From the NCBI GenBank assembly GCA_963705505.1, contig CAVPJU010000010.1, forward strand, positions 802,017-866,016: 64,000 nt of DNA, read 5' to 3'. Shown one piece after another: positions 1 to 9,770 of this stretch. The stretch's first letter is position 1. The number at the start of each line of letters is the position of its first letter. The notes beneath the pieces are model-generated. The model was not told the origin of the DNA and made no database searches. It was given only the letters and a program-made list of their open reading frames with translations. Both the position numbers and the translations under genes were made by a program. Source of the DNA: an uncultured bacterium (GTDB lineage Bacteria > Desulfobacterota_D > UBA1144 > Nemesobacterales > UBA2774).

Positions 1-627
1 GATCTTGCTGCCGTCGGGAGAGCAGTCCGGGGACATGACCAGGGCGCCGTGCCTGGTCAGCTGGTTCAACTTGGCGCCGTCATAGTCCATTATAAAGAGG
101 TTCCTGCTCCTGCTCCCGCCGAGGACAAAAGCTATCCTCGACGTAAAGAAGCCGTCGTTCCCGGTGATCTGTTTCATCACCTGGTCGGCGAACCTGTGTG
201 CAGCCTCCCTCACCTTGCCCGGAGTTGCTTCGTAAGACCTTCCGAGTATGGGCCTCTCCTCCCTGACGTTGAAAAGCTGGACCGCGAATTTTATTTTTCC
301 GCCGCTCACCTGGTATTGACCCGCTATTAAATAGTCGGCGCCGGCATCGAAAAACGCCTGAAAACTGATGTTGTTGACGTCCGTTATTACCACCCCGCCC
401 GAGCTGACTTCAAATAGAGCGGCATTCTCAAGGTCGTTCCTCAGTACTTCCGTAAATTCCTTCCCTTTAGCGTCCGCAGGGCCGATGCTCGTCAGCTCCG
501 GAATGAATATCGGAATCCTCTGTATAGTCGGACCCGTGACGTCCGGCAGCTTGATCTGGGAATAAGCTCCGACAGTGACAGTGAAAAATATTGAAAGCGA
601 TAGTAAGAGAATTCTAAATGCCATCAT
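1..627 (-). CDS. tolB: Tol-Pal system protein TolB (5' part; runs off window start)
   Basis: Not in ORF track. Manual translation MMAFRILLLSLSIFFTVTVGAYSQ...EVLRNDLENAALFEV...AAHRFADQVMKQITGNDGFFTSRIAFV...LFIMDYDGAKLNQLT...SPDCSPDGSKI gives signal peptide, TolB_N domain and start of the PD40 propeller. Confidence 0.88.
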   Translation of the reverse strand, partial: MMAFRILLLSLSIFFTVTVGAYSQIKLPDVTGPTIQRIPIFIPELTSIGPADAKGKEFTEVLRNDLENAALFEVSSGGVVITDVNNISFQAFFDAGADYLIAGQYQVSGGKIKFAVQLFNVREERPILGRSYEATPGKVREAAHRFADQVMKQITGNDGFFTSRIAFVLGGSRSRNLFIMDYDGAKLNQLTRHGALVMSPDCSPDGSKI

Positions 628-744
628 AGTCCCCCTCTCAATCTATGGGTAGATTATTGAAATGATAAAAGTATCGAAAATAAATCTAGCCTATGCGGAA
701 ATGAAAAGCCACCTTAATTATTTTACCCGGTAAAGACAGGATTT

Positions 745-1344
745 TTATTCTTCGAGTTCCACGTTCCAGTATGAGATATCGATGAAATTCAGAAACGGTT
801 CCCATTCCTTGTACATTACGGTTTTTATGTAAATATTTGAAAACGGGTCCCAGAGGGGTTTCTTCGGTTTCCTTTTGAGCCTCATCCTCGCCTGCTCGGG
901 TGTCCGGCCGCCTTTTTTCCGGTTGCATTCGATACAGCAGCATACTACGTTATCCCAAATGCTCCTCCCCCCTTGTGAGCGGGGCACGACGTGGTCGATC
1001 GTGAGCTCGGAGCGGGAAAACTTTTTCACACAGTACTGGCACATTCCTCCGTCACGTCTGAATATGTTGATACGGTTGAACTTCGCCTCTTTCCGGATGA
1101 AGCCCTCGTATCTCACGAGCACGATTACACGGGGAGTCAATATCACCGCGTTTACCGTCCTGATTACGTCCGTTTCCGCCTTCATCGAGGATATCTGTGA
1201 CCAGGATTCGAAATCGAATGTCTCGTAGCCGGTGCCCACAGCCTTTGCGACACCGCTGTACATCAGAACGAAAGCCCTTTTAACGCTTGTAATTGTGACG
1301 GGGACGAAGTAACGGTTAAGAACTAACACGGGAGCGGTTAACAT
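745..1344 (-). CDS. HNH endonuclease (McrA-like family)
   Basis: VLVLN N-terminus, RINIFRRDGGMCQYC, LTIDHVVPRSQGG, WDNVVCCCIECNRKKG. Likely start ATG at 1344 (track start 1383). Confidence 0.9.
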   Translation of the reverse strand: MLTAPVLVLNRYFVPVTITSVKRAFVLMYSGVAKAVGTGYETFDFESWSQISSMKAETDVIRTVNAVILTPRVIVLVRYEGFIRKEAKFNRINIFRRDGGMCQYCVKKFSRSELTIDHVVPRSQGGRSIWDNVVCCCIECNRKKGGRTPEQARMRLKRKPKKPLWDPFSNIYIKTVMYKEWEPFLNFIDISYWNVELEE

Positions 1345-1493
1345 ACGGAATGAGAATTTACCCTTTTTTAAAGTGCTATTCAAGTAATAATGTGTTAAAG
1401 TTCCGTTAAGATATAATTTTTTCAGGAAAACCGGCGAAAAAAGAAATTACTTGACTTATAGCCTCGACCATTCAAATTATTAAAGGTGGCCCG

Positions 1494-1643
1494 ATGAATA
1501 CACTAGTCTCCGCATTTTTGATTCAGCTCCTTCTGTGCGCAATCCTATTCGCTCTGATTTTTTATCTCGTCGTCAGCAACACCGAGCTGAAAAAAGAGAT
1601 CGAGTCCCAAAGCGAAAACCGTATAAAACCCGCGAGAGACTAG
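1494..1643 (+). CDS. Small single-pass membrane protein (49 aa)
   Basis: Not in ORF track. AAGGTGG RBS then MNTLVSAFLIQLLLCAILFALIFYLVVSNTELKKEIESQSENRIKPARD; stops 4 nt before lgt. Confidence 0.55.
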   Translation: MNTLVSAFLIQLLLCAILFALIFYLVVSNTELKKEIESQSENRIKPARD

Positions 1644-1647
1644 CCGA

Positions 1648-2451
1648 ATGTATCCCGAATTAATCAAGATCGGAAACTTTACCATATCTTCGTTCGGCGT
1701 CATGATGGCGCTCTGCTTCATTGCCGGATACTGGGTCATAACACTGGAGGCCAAAAGAAAGGGGCTCGACGAGAAACTCGTCGGGAACATGTTCCTGGCA
1801 ACGATGTTAGGCGGCATCGTCGGGGCGAAGCTCCTCTATGTATTCGAGAACGTATCGTTATCGGAACTGGCAAGGCATCCCCTCAACAGCCTGCTGTCAC
1901 GAGGGGGATTGACGTATTACGGCGGATTTTTCGGAGCGATAATCCTGACCTGGATCATTGCATATAAGAACAGGCTCAGCATGTGGGTTGTCGGCGATCT
2001 GGCCGCCCCTGCCCTTGCCCTTGCATACGCGATCGGACGGATCGGCTGTTTTCTCGTGGGGGACGATTACGGAGTCCCGTCAAACCTCCCCTGGGCCATG
2101 CCGTTTCCGAAAGGGCTGCCTCCCACAAACGTACCCGTCCATCCGACTCAGCTCTACGAAATAATAATCATGTCGATCGTGTTCGTATTCATATGGAAGA
2201 TCCGGAAAAAGGAAAAGCCCGCGGGATGGCTGTTCTCCGTCTATCTCGTCATAGCGGGACTCGAAAGATTCCTGATCGAATTCCTGAGGAGCACGACGCC
2301 GAGCCCCATACCCGACCTGTCCGTGGCGCAGTTGATGGCGATCTTTCTAATCGCCATAGGAGCGTTCAAGCTCTACAAGACCCGCTCGGCTGGCGAAACT
2401 GCGGAAGAGCCCATAGACCCGAAAAAATTCGGAAAGAAGAAAAAGGCTTAA
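1648..2451 (+). CDS. lgt: Prolipoprotein diacylglyceryl transferase
   Basis: GGLTYYGG, AIGRIGCFLVGDDYG, HPTQLYE, RFLIEFLR motifs. Confidence 0.95.
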   Translation: MYPELIKIGNFTISSFGVMMALCFIAGYWVITLEAKRKGLDEKLVGNMFLATMLGGIVGAKLLYVFENVSLSELARHPLNSLLSRGGLTYYGGFFGAIILTWIIAYKNRLSMWVVGDLAAPALALAYAIGRIGCFLVGDDYGVPSNLPWAMPFPKGLPPTNVPVHPTQLYEIIIMSIVFVFIWKIRKKEKPAGWLFSVYLVIAGLERFLIEFLRSTTPSPIPDLSVAQLMAIFLIAIGAFKLYKTRSAGETAEEPIDPKKFGKKKKA

Positions 2452-2530
2452 CCAAAAATCCTTTCCGCTCGTAATCATCGACACCTATCGTCCTTCCCAT
2501 CACACGCGCGTTGGGTATCTTTTATGCACC

Positions 2531-4093
2531 ATGAACAAGATCGGCAGGCACGACCTCGTTTTATCGGCGCTCACAGGCATCTTATACCCGCTCACATTCA
2601 TGATCCCTTACACGGGGATCCTTTCCTGGGTGCTGCTCATACCGCTATTTTGGTCTATAGAGAAGAAGTCCCCTTCCGATGCCTTTAAGCTCGGGCTCCT
2701 CGCGGGGCTTGTATCGAACCTCGCCGGCACCTACTGGCTCATAGGGACTCTCAGCAGGTTCGGGGGGTTCCCGATTATAATTAGCGTACTGTTCATCGCC
2801 GTCCTGAGCGCGTTCTCCGGTCTCTCGTTCGCAATATTTTCATACATAGTCACAAAGCTCGGATTCCTTAAGAAACCGGGCGTGGTTTCCGCGCTCCTCG
2901 TCGCCGCCGTGTGGACATCGGTCGAGTACCTCTTTCCGTTCCTCTTCCCTTACGGAATCGCGAACGCGCAGGCGGACTACATACCCGTCATACAGATATT
3001 CGACCTCTTCGGCGTCTATGCGCTGAGCTTCATAATAGTTGTCGTCAATCTGACGCTCATGAGGGCGCTTAAAAGATTCACCGAAGGCGGCTCCTACCCC
3101 TCACATGAGACTTTATTATCGGCTGCGCTTATTATTGTCACACTCCTTTACGGGTTCTGGAGAATAGGCGAGGTCGACAGGGAAATCGCCCAGGCGCCAA
3201 AGCTCAAGATCGGCATGGTGCAGGCGAATTTCGATTTCCTGGAAAAGTCAGAGAGCCAGGAAGACGTCGTGACGGAAAGGCACAAGGAGATGTCTCAAGC
3301 TCTCAAATCCGCAGACCTCATAATCTGGCCCGAAACCGCCATACAGGCATGGTTTCCGACCGATTCGGATTATCTCCTGGTCAGGGACAAGATGGGCGTG
3401 CCCCGGATGGACGGGAAATACTTCATCGTAGGCGGCATGTCGTTCACCCCTAAGGACCCGGAAGCAGAGGTGCTTACGGACGACGACCTCCTCAAATACA
3501 ACACGGCGTTTCTCACTAATTCCGACGGCGTGATCCTCGGAAGGTACCATAAAATCAAGCTTCTGCTCTTCGGCGAGTATCTCCCGTTCGCAAATTTAAT
3601 ACCGGCGCTTAAGAATATCAGCCCTGCGTCAGGCGACTTCACTCCGGGCGGAGACCTCAACCTGTTCGAGATAAAGGACAAGGGCGCGAGGATAGCCCCT
3701 ATAATCTGCTACGAGGACATCATCCCTTCATTCAGCAGGAGGTTCGTCGAAAAGGGTGCAAACCTTATCGTCAATATAACGAACGACGCATGGTTCGGAA
3801 GGACCGTTGCCCCTTACCAGCACCTCTTCGTATCCATACCGAGGACTGTAGAGACCAGGAGGTACCTGTTGCGGTCAACGAACACGGGGATAAGCGCGAT
3901 CATCGATCCCGTGGGCAGAGTTGTCAAAAAAACACCTATATTCGTACAAACCGACCTCGAAGGGGAAGTGGGTCTCATGAACGGGGACAAAACGCTCTAT
4001 ACAAGAATAGGCGATGTATTCCCGGCGGCGTGCCTCGTTTTCTGGATAGGATTCGCAATATTAACGAAGCTAAGAGGCAAGAATTTCTCCTAG
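2531..4093 (+). CDS. lnt: Apolipoprotein N-acyltransferase
   Basis: N-terminal TM helices and nitrilase fold: IWPETA, YHKIKLLLFGEYLP, IICYED, NITNDAWFG, RSTNTGISA. Confidence 0.95.
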   Translation: MNKIGRHDLVLSALTGILYPLTFMIPYTGILSWVLLIPLFWSIEKKSPSDAFKLGLLAGLVSNLAGTYWLIGTLSRFGGFPIIISVLFIAVLSAFSGLSFAIFSYIVTKLGFLKKPGVVSALLVAAVWTSVEYLFPFLFPYGIANAQADYIPVIQIFDLFGVYALSFIIVVVNLTLMRALKRFTEGGSYPSHETLLSAALIIVTLLYGFWRIGEVDREIAQAPKLKIGMVQANFDFLEKSESQEDVVTERHKEMSQALKSADLIIWPETAIQAWFPTDSDYLLVRDKMGVPRMDGKYFIVGGMSFTPKDPEAEVLTDDDLLKYNTAFLTNSDGVILGRYHKIKLLLFGEYLPFANLIPALKNISPASGDFTPGGDLNLFEIKDKGARIAPIICYEDIIPSFSRRFVEKGANLIVNITNDAWFGRTVAPYQHLFVSIPRTVETRRYLLRSTNTGISAIIDPVGRVVKKTPIFVQTDLEGEVGLMNGDKTLYTRIGDVFPAACLVFWIGFAILTKLRGKNFS

Positions 4094-5179
4094 GGCGTGG
4101 AGGAACGCGTCGTTTTCCCGCGGCGTTCCGATCGTGACACGCATGCAGTTCTCGAGCCTCCCCGGCTTATTGAAGTTCCTTATGAGCACATCCCTCGCGA
4201 TGAGGGCCTTAAATACGTAGTCCGCATCCCCGACCTTAAAGAATATAAAGTTGGCGTCGCTATGATACGGCTCCACCCCTCTCATTTTAGAAAGGGATTT
4301 ATATACCCTGTCCCTCTCCCTTACGATGAGCTGGATATTTTCGTAGACGAATTCGTGGTTCCTCAGGACGACTTCCGCAACGCCCTGCGTCAGGGAGTTG
4401 ATGTTGTAGGGGTATCTGACCTTATTTATCTCGTGGACGAGGTTCGCCCTGCCGTATAGAATGCCGAGCCTTATCCCGGCGAACCCGACCTTGGACAGGG
4501 TGCGCAGTATTATCAGGTTCTCATGCTCTTCGATCAAAGGCAAAAACGTATATCCGCTGAAATCGGAATACGCCTCGTCAACGACTACCACACCCCTCGA
4601 GAGCCTTATTATCTCCCGGATTTTGTCTGCCGAGTACACGTTGCCGGTGGGGTTATTGGGGGACGCGAGGAAAATGAGGTCGGGGTCTTTTCGCCCGATC
4701 AGGTCGGCAATTTTATCTATGTCCAGATCGAATTTACGGTCGAGCTCGACCTCGAGCAATTCCATTCCGAGCGCAAGCCCGCTGATCCCGTACATCGAGA
4801 ACGTGGGAGTGGGGTAGAGAATCCTGCCTGTCCCTCCCGAAAATGCGGTTATGAGCATGCCTATGAGCTCGTCAGAGCCGTTCCCGAGAAGGATGCCGCC
4901 TAAGGGGAAACCGTTTATGTCGGATATCCGCTTCCGCAATTCTCGGGCTTCCGGGTCGGGATACCTGTTGACGTCGATCCTGCTTAGTTTATCCAAGACC
5001 TTTTTCGCGACTTCGGGAGGGAGGGAAAAGGGGCTTTCATTGCCGTCGAGTCTGACACCGGCATCATAGCGGGGAACGGAGTAAGCGGAGAGGTTTCTTA
5101 TCCCGGGTTTTACTCTCGATTCCGTGAGGGTTTTATTTTTCGACTTTCCCTTTTCTTTATCTTTAGCGGACATATTCAA
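4070..5179 (-). CDS. hisC: Histidinol-phosphate aminotransferase
   Basis: LDGNESP, NRYPDP, GNGSDELI, SPNNPTG, DEAY, RTLSK; adjacent to hisD. Confidence 0.95.
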   Translation of the reverse strand: MNMSAKDKEKGKSKNKTLTESRVKPGIRNLSAYSVPRYDAGVRLDGNESPFSLPPEVAKKVLDKLSRIDVNRYPDPEARELRKRISDINGFPLGGILLGNGSDELIGMLITAFSGGTGRILYPTPTFSMYGISGLALGMELLEVELDRKFDLDIDKIADLIGRKDPDLIFLASPNNPTGNVYSADKIREIIRLSRGVVVVDEAYSDFSGYTFLPLIEEHENLIILRTLSKVGFAGIRLGILYGRANLVHEINKVRYPYNINSLTQGVAEVVLRNHEFVYENIQLIVRERDRVYKSLSKMRGVEPYHSDANFIFFKVGDADYVFKALIARDVLIRNFNKPGRLENCMRVTIGTPRENDAFLHALGEILAS

Positions 5180-5229
5180 CGGTAAGGCATGCTGCCCGGA
5201 ATTACATCATCTCAATTAACGATGGATGC

Positions 5230-6531
5230 TCAGGAGGGCTGCTTTCCGCCGACCCTTACACCTACGGACAGGGCGTGGGCTTCAAGCTTTTCACTGTACG
5301 CGAGATTCATGACCGAACCTGAAAGCGAATCGAAGCCCTTTTTCGAAATAGAGATCACGCTCGGCATCCTCAGGAAATCGTAAACACTGAGTGGGGACGA
5401 GAACCGCGCCGCTCCCCCCGTAGGCAGGACGTGGCTCGGCCCCGCTATATAGTCGCCGAAGGCTTCTGTCGACATCGAGCCCAAAAATATCGCCCCAGCG
5501 TGTCTGATTTTTTTCAGGATTTCTTTGGGTTTTCTTACGCAAAGCTCCAGGTGCTCGGGCGCAAGCGCGTTTGCGATATCGATTGCCTGATCGATCGTTC
5601 CCGTGACGAATATCCTGCCCTGTTTCGTTATCGATTCTCGGGCGATTTCTTTTCTCTCGAGTTTCCGGAGCTGGAGGGACACCTCTTTTTCGATTTCCCT
5701 GGCGTAGGTAATGGAATCGGTGACAGCGATCGGAACCGCCATTTCATCGTGCTCAGCCTGAGCGAGGAGGTCGGCCGCCACCCACTGCGCGGGAGCGCTC
5801 CCGTCGGCGATGATAAGAACCTCGCTCGGCCCGGCTATCATATCGATATCCACCTCTCCGAAGACGAGCTTCTTGGCTATCGTCACGTAAATATTTCCCG
5901 GGCCGACGATCTTATCCACTTTCGGGACCGACTCCGTTCCGTAAGCGAGCGCCGCGACGGCCTGAGCGCCGCCGACTTTATATACGGCATCGACACCGGC
6001 TATTTCCGCGGCCGCAAGAACGGCGGGATTTAACTCTCCGCCCGGGCAGGGAGTGACGAGGATAATCTCTCTCACGCCAGCCACCTTTGCCGGGATCGCC
6101 GTCATAAGCACCGTAGAGGGATATGCCGCCTTTCCGCCAGGAACATATAATCCGGCCCTTTCGATCGGGCGTATGAGCCAGCCGAGCTCATTGCCGAGCG
6201 TGTCCCTGAATGTGTTTCCCGAGGGGAGCTTGAGTCTATGAAAATCCCTGATGCGCTTTCCGGCCCTAAGGAGGTCATCCATTAATCTTTTCGGGACGGC
6301 AGACCGGGCTTGCCTGAATTGCTTTTCCGTGACCTTAACGGTTTTGCTATTGAGCCCGAGCTTATCGAACTTCTTCGTATATTTGAAAAGCGCCCTGTCC
6401 CCGTTTTTCCTCACGTCCTCGACTATATTTCTGGTGGTGCTTTCAAGCCCGGGGTCCCTAAGCGAGGAGCCCCTCCTCAATCCCTTTAACGCACCGTCGA
6501 GATTCCTTTTATTTATCTCTATAATCTTCAC
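5230..6531 (-). CDS. hisD: Histidinol dehydrogenase
   Basis: GLYVPGGKAAYPSTVLM, KIVGPGNIYV, DMIAGPSE, AQAEHD, APEHLEL, GDYIAGPSHVLPT. Confidence 0.97.
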   Translation of the reverse strand: MKIIEINKRNLDGALKGLRRGSSLRDPGLESTTRNIVEDVRKNGDRALFKYTKKFDKLGLNSKTVKVTEKQFRQARSAVPKRLMDDLLRAGKRIRDFHRLKLPSGNTFRDTLGNELGWLIRPIERAGLYVPGGKAAYPSTVLMTAIPAKVAGVREIILVTPCPGGELNPAVLAAAEIAGVDAVYKVGGAQAVAALAYGTESVPKVDKIVGPGNIYVTIAKKLVFGEVDIDMIAGPSEVLIIADGSAPAQWVAADLLAQAEHDEMAVPIAVTDSITYAREIEKEVSLQLRKLERKEIARESITKQGRIFVTGTIDQAIDIANALAPEHLELCVRKPKEILKKIRHAGAIFLGSMSTEAFGDYIAGPSHVLPTGGAARFSSPLSVYDFLRMPSVISISKKGFDSLSGSVMNLAYSEKLEAHALSVGVRVGGKQPS

Positions 6532-6731
6532 AATGAGAGAGGATTATACATAGGAAAGGGGATAATCAAAAGTAAGCCGTATAGCCGCTGCGAAATGCTT
6601 CCGACCCTCCGGCGTGCCGAGATTAGCGCATAAACGAATTTTGCATGATCCGGTAAACTCAATATTATCTACTCCGCCGTGGGGGAAGGACCGAGTCCGT
6701 CGGTCCCCTGGAAAGCGGACCGGGTAATGAT

Positions 6732-7196
6732 ATGAAATTATATTTATTAGAGAGAAAACTGGGGCTCCCGATTACGGTGACGGAGGCGTGGGACTTCTTT
6801 TCGAATCCCGCGAACCTGACGCTTATCACGCCGCCGGGGCTCGGGTTTAAGATGATTTCGGAGACGCCCGGGAGAATTCATCCCGGTCTCATTCTGACAT
6901 ATGAGCTCTCGCCCTTTTTCGGCTTACGCGTAAAATGGGTTACCGAAATAACTCATGTGAACGAGCCCGAATTTTTCGTGGACGACCAGCGCCTGGGCCC
7001 GTACAAGTTCTGGCACCATATGCATATTTTTAAAGAAATTAAAGGAGGCGTTGAGGTCAGCGACCGGGTGCATTATGCCCTGCCTCTCGGCCCAATCGGG
7101 AGCATTGCTCATGAATTAATGGTGAAAAAGCAGCTCGACGAAATATTCGATTACAGAGGGGAGTATCTGGAAAAGAAGTTCGGGAGGATTTGCTGA
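6732..7196 (+). CDS. SRPBCC-superfamily protein
   Basis: EAWDFFSNPANL..ITPP, WVTEIT, FVDDQRLGPYKFWHH.H.F, IFDYR. Confidence 0.85.
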   Translation: MKLYLLERKLGLPITVTEAWDFFSNPANLTLITPPGLGFKMISETPGRIHPGLILTYELSPFFGLRVKWVTEITHVNEPEFFVDDQRLGPYKFWHHMHIFKEIKGGVEVSDRVHYALPLGPIGSIAHELMVKKQLDEIFDYRGEYLEKKFGRIC

Positions 7197-7240
7197 ACAT
7201 CCACTATAAATTTCGGCGGAGAGTCGGCGTTCTTATCCGA

Positions 7241-7268
7241 TTGACACTGTTGTCAGGGAAAATATAAT
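7241..7268 (+). promoter_or_regulatory. sigma70-type promoter
   Basis: TTGACA-16 nt-TATAAT, 8 nt before ATG 7277 (possibly a leaderless transcript). Confidence 0.7.
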
Positions 7269-7276
7269 TTTCTAAT

Positions 7277-8563
7277 ATGAAGGATCCGATAATAGATATC
7301 GCACAGTATAAATACGACCAGGCCGAGAAAGAGCTCCGCATCAAGCTCTCGGAGTACACCGAGCGGCCAGAAATACAATCGCAGATAGGGGAAGCCTTTT
7401 ATATATGGAAGGACGACCCAGACTTCCTGGACGAGGAGATATCCGAAGACAGGGTCGACGATCTCACATTCGAGAAGTTCTTCGACTGGTTCTTATACGA
7501 CTTCAAGCTTCTGGATACGGGTGAAAGGGTTATCGAAAATTTCTATGAAGATGCAAGAGGAACGCTTTCCGAGGCTGAAGAATCAATAATCAAAGGATGG
7601 CTCGATAGTATTTATAGCTTTTTCGAGGTCGAGGAGGTCGTACCGGGAGAATATTGCAGCGTAAGGGACCTGCTCTTGAAAAAAGAATACAAGGTCCACG
7701 ACTCTTCATCGTCGAAGAAGCTTCAGCGTTCCGATATTATAGGGGCAAGACCCCTGAACACAGGCGACAATACATACTTCTCGGGAGTCATCTCCGTCTA
7801 CCCTGCAGCCTTTAAAAAAATAATTCTCGAGTACTTCGACAGCGAATTTAGACACTACAGGAAATCCTACGGCGCGGATAGGAATGTAAACGAATACCTG
7901 AGAGACTGGGGCTTTCAGATATCCAACTACGTAGAGGACCTGGCAAATAACCCTCAATTCATTACTCCCGAAGGCGAAGAGGTGGTCCTGGCATCGGCAA
8001 CCTACATCATGAAGGACAGATCCGAAGTACTGAAACTGATAGAAAAAATCAAATCACTTAAGCTGATAAGCGGGACTAACGACGAGATACGGATATACAG
8101 CCTGGAAAAAGAAGGGGATAACAATATATCCGGCTCCCTGGAGGCTTCAGATAACAAAATTAAAATTGAGACTTATTCGCTCGATATGCTTAATAAAGCC
8201 AAATCCATGATCGAGAAAGAGCTTGAGGGCCGCATAGAGCACCTGGAAGACAGCACAAAGGGCCTGGATTCCTACATAAGAAAAAATAAAGATGAGAAAA
8301 TGAAATTGAAGAAACTCCCGCCGGGTGTCAAAAGCATAAAAGAACTTGAGAAGAAACTGGACGAATACTACGCCGGCTGGATAGACCAGCCTCTCCCCGC
8401 GCTCGAAGGCAGAACACCGAGAGAAGCGACAAGAACACCGGAGGGAAGAAAGGAGCTTAATCTTGTTTTAACCGAGCTCGAGAATATATACAAACACGCG
8501 AAAACGCGCGGCGAACCTTATTTTGATCTTAATAAAATAAGGAAAGAACTGAATTTGAAATAA
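7277..8563 (+). CDS. Hypothetical protein with C-terminal Xre/MbcA/ParS-like toxin-binding domain
   Basis: C-terminal WIDQPLPALEGRTPREA; N-terminus (FFDWFLYD, SFFEVEEV.PG) resembles SEC-C-associated hypothetical proteins. Confidence 0.55.
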   Translation: MKDPIIDIAQYKYDQAEKELRIKLSEYTERPEIQSQIGEAFYIWKDDPDFLDEEISEDRVDDLTFEKFFDWFLYDFKLLDTGERVIENFYEDARGTLSEAEESIIKGWLDSIYSFFEVEEVVPGEYCSVRDLLLKKEYKVHDSSSSKKLQRSDIIGARPLNTGDNTYFSGVISVYPAAFKKIILEYFDSEFRHYRKSYGADRNVNEYLRDWGFQISNYVEDLANNPQFITPEGEEVVLASATYIMKDRSEVLKLIEKIKSLKLISGTNDEIRIYSLEKEGDNNISGSLEASDNKIKIETYSLDMLNKAKSMIEKELEGRIEHLEDSTKGLDSYIRKNKDEKMKLKKLPPGVKSIKELEKKLDEYYAGWIDQPLPALEGRTPREATRTPEGRKELNLVLTELENIYKHAKTRGEPYFDLNKIRKELNLK

Positions 8564-8846
8564 CCGGCCGGCTCAAACACCGCGCCCTTTCCCGAACCGT
8601 AAGCAGGATTGAAAAACTTCGAGTGAATCGGCATAAACAGACCCGGTTATCAACCCGAATGCGGAGGAAGAGAAATCAAAAAGAAATAATAAAGGTTAAT
8701 AAACGGCAAATAGAAGAAAAATAATTATCACCTAACGATACTTAATGGCTTGTGACGGTTGGTAAGTACCCGTCATAATACTAAAGTATTAACCAATTTG
8801 TCAGAATACATACTTTCTTAGTATCAAAAGACCTACTTAAGTCTCG

Positions 8847-8875
8847 TTGACTGTGTCTAACCCCACACATATACT
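8847..8875 (+). promoter_or_regulatory. sigma70-type promoter at the start of the glycan locus
   Basis: TTGACT-17 nt-TATACT, followed by AGGAGG RBS and ATG 8909. Confidence 0.65.
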
Positions 8876-8908
8876 ATATTATAGATTCAGGAGGGGAGGG
8901 TAACGATC

Positions 8909-9662
8909 ATGTCCCAATGTAAAAAGATAACCTTTTCATTATTCGTGGCGGCACTGATATCACTCCAAACTGTCAGCACGGTATTTGCCCAAACTTCCCT
9001 GGACGCCCAGGTTTCGCTCGGTACAATGAAGGTATCGGACGAAGTGAAGGTTACACTCATTGACGGCAGTGAAGTTATGCTAAAGAACGAAAGTTATCCG
9101 ATTTACCCTGATATGATTATAGATACTCTCAATAACGGCAAAGCTACGCTTATAGTCAACGGCGGCAAATACGTGATTGAGCCCAATTCAGTTTTCAAAG
9201 TCCAATCCATAGGGGACGGAATGGCCGGGCTTTTACTCACTCAAGGGCGATCAGGGGGAAGTCTGTTATTGCTTTAATCCGAAAGGCGGTTTCCTTGTAG
9301 ATACGCCCGAGGCCGATACGATTCCTCCGAACGGGAGCGCGGTTAAAACGGGGACACCCCAGTACGTCGACGGCAGGACAAATGTCAAAAATAACATTAC
9401 TTCAGCTATTCAATACGACGGGTACGCCGATTTTAAAACGAATATCAATACTCAAACACTCGAGCCGGGAGACGCCGCTTCAAGTCCTAAGGAACAAAAC
9501 CCATATGATTCATTCGAAAACAAATCCGGATGTTGCACACCTGCTGCAGCTCCCCTACTGATACCGGCGGCGGTCGGCGCGGCTGCAGTTACCGGCGCTG
9601 TCATTTGCGGAGCCGCTTGCGGCAATGATGACGATAGTAACGCCAGCAACGTACTCAGGTAG
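8909..9662 (+). CDS. Exported FecR-like beta-rich protein with hydrophobic Cys-containing C-terminal tail (one frameshift near 9246)
   Basis: Signal peptide. Removing one G at CAAGGGCGA continues the frame: GDQGEVCYCFNPKGGFLVDTPEA...SGCCTPAAAPLLIPAAVGAAAVTGAVICGAACGNDDDSNASNVLR-stop (9662). Confidence 0.6.
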
Positions 9663-9770
9663 AGGCAATAGGGACTTTAATATCAACTAATAAAGATTAC
9701 TTAAATTTGCTATAACGATTATACTACTCGCACGGAGAGGATGTATAATTAAGTTATAGGTGGAGAGGGT

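Noticed and set aside
745..1344. HNH nuclease as part of a defence or mobile system
   Set aside because: Standalone member of a widespread family. No methyltransferase, CRISPR array, intron or transposon ends seen nearby.
6674..6725. GC-rich hairpin (GGACCGA/TCGGTCC) upstream of the SRPBCC gene as a possible riboswitch
   Set aside because: No conserved riboswitch core that I can recognise; only a simple stem-loop is supported.
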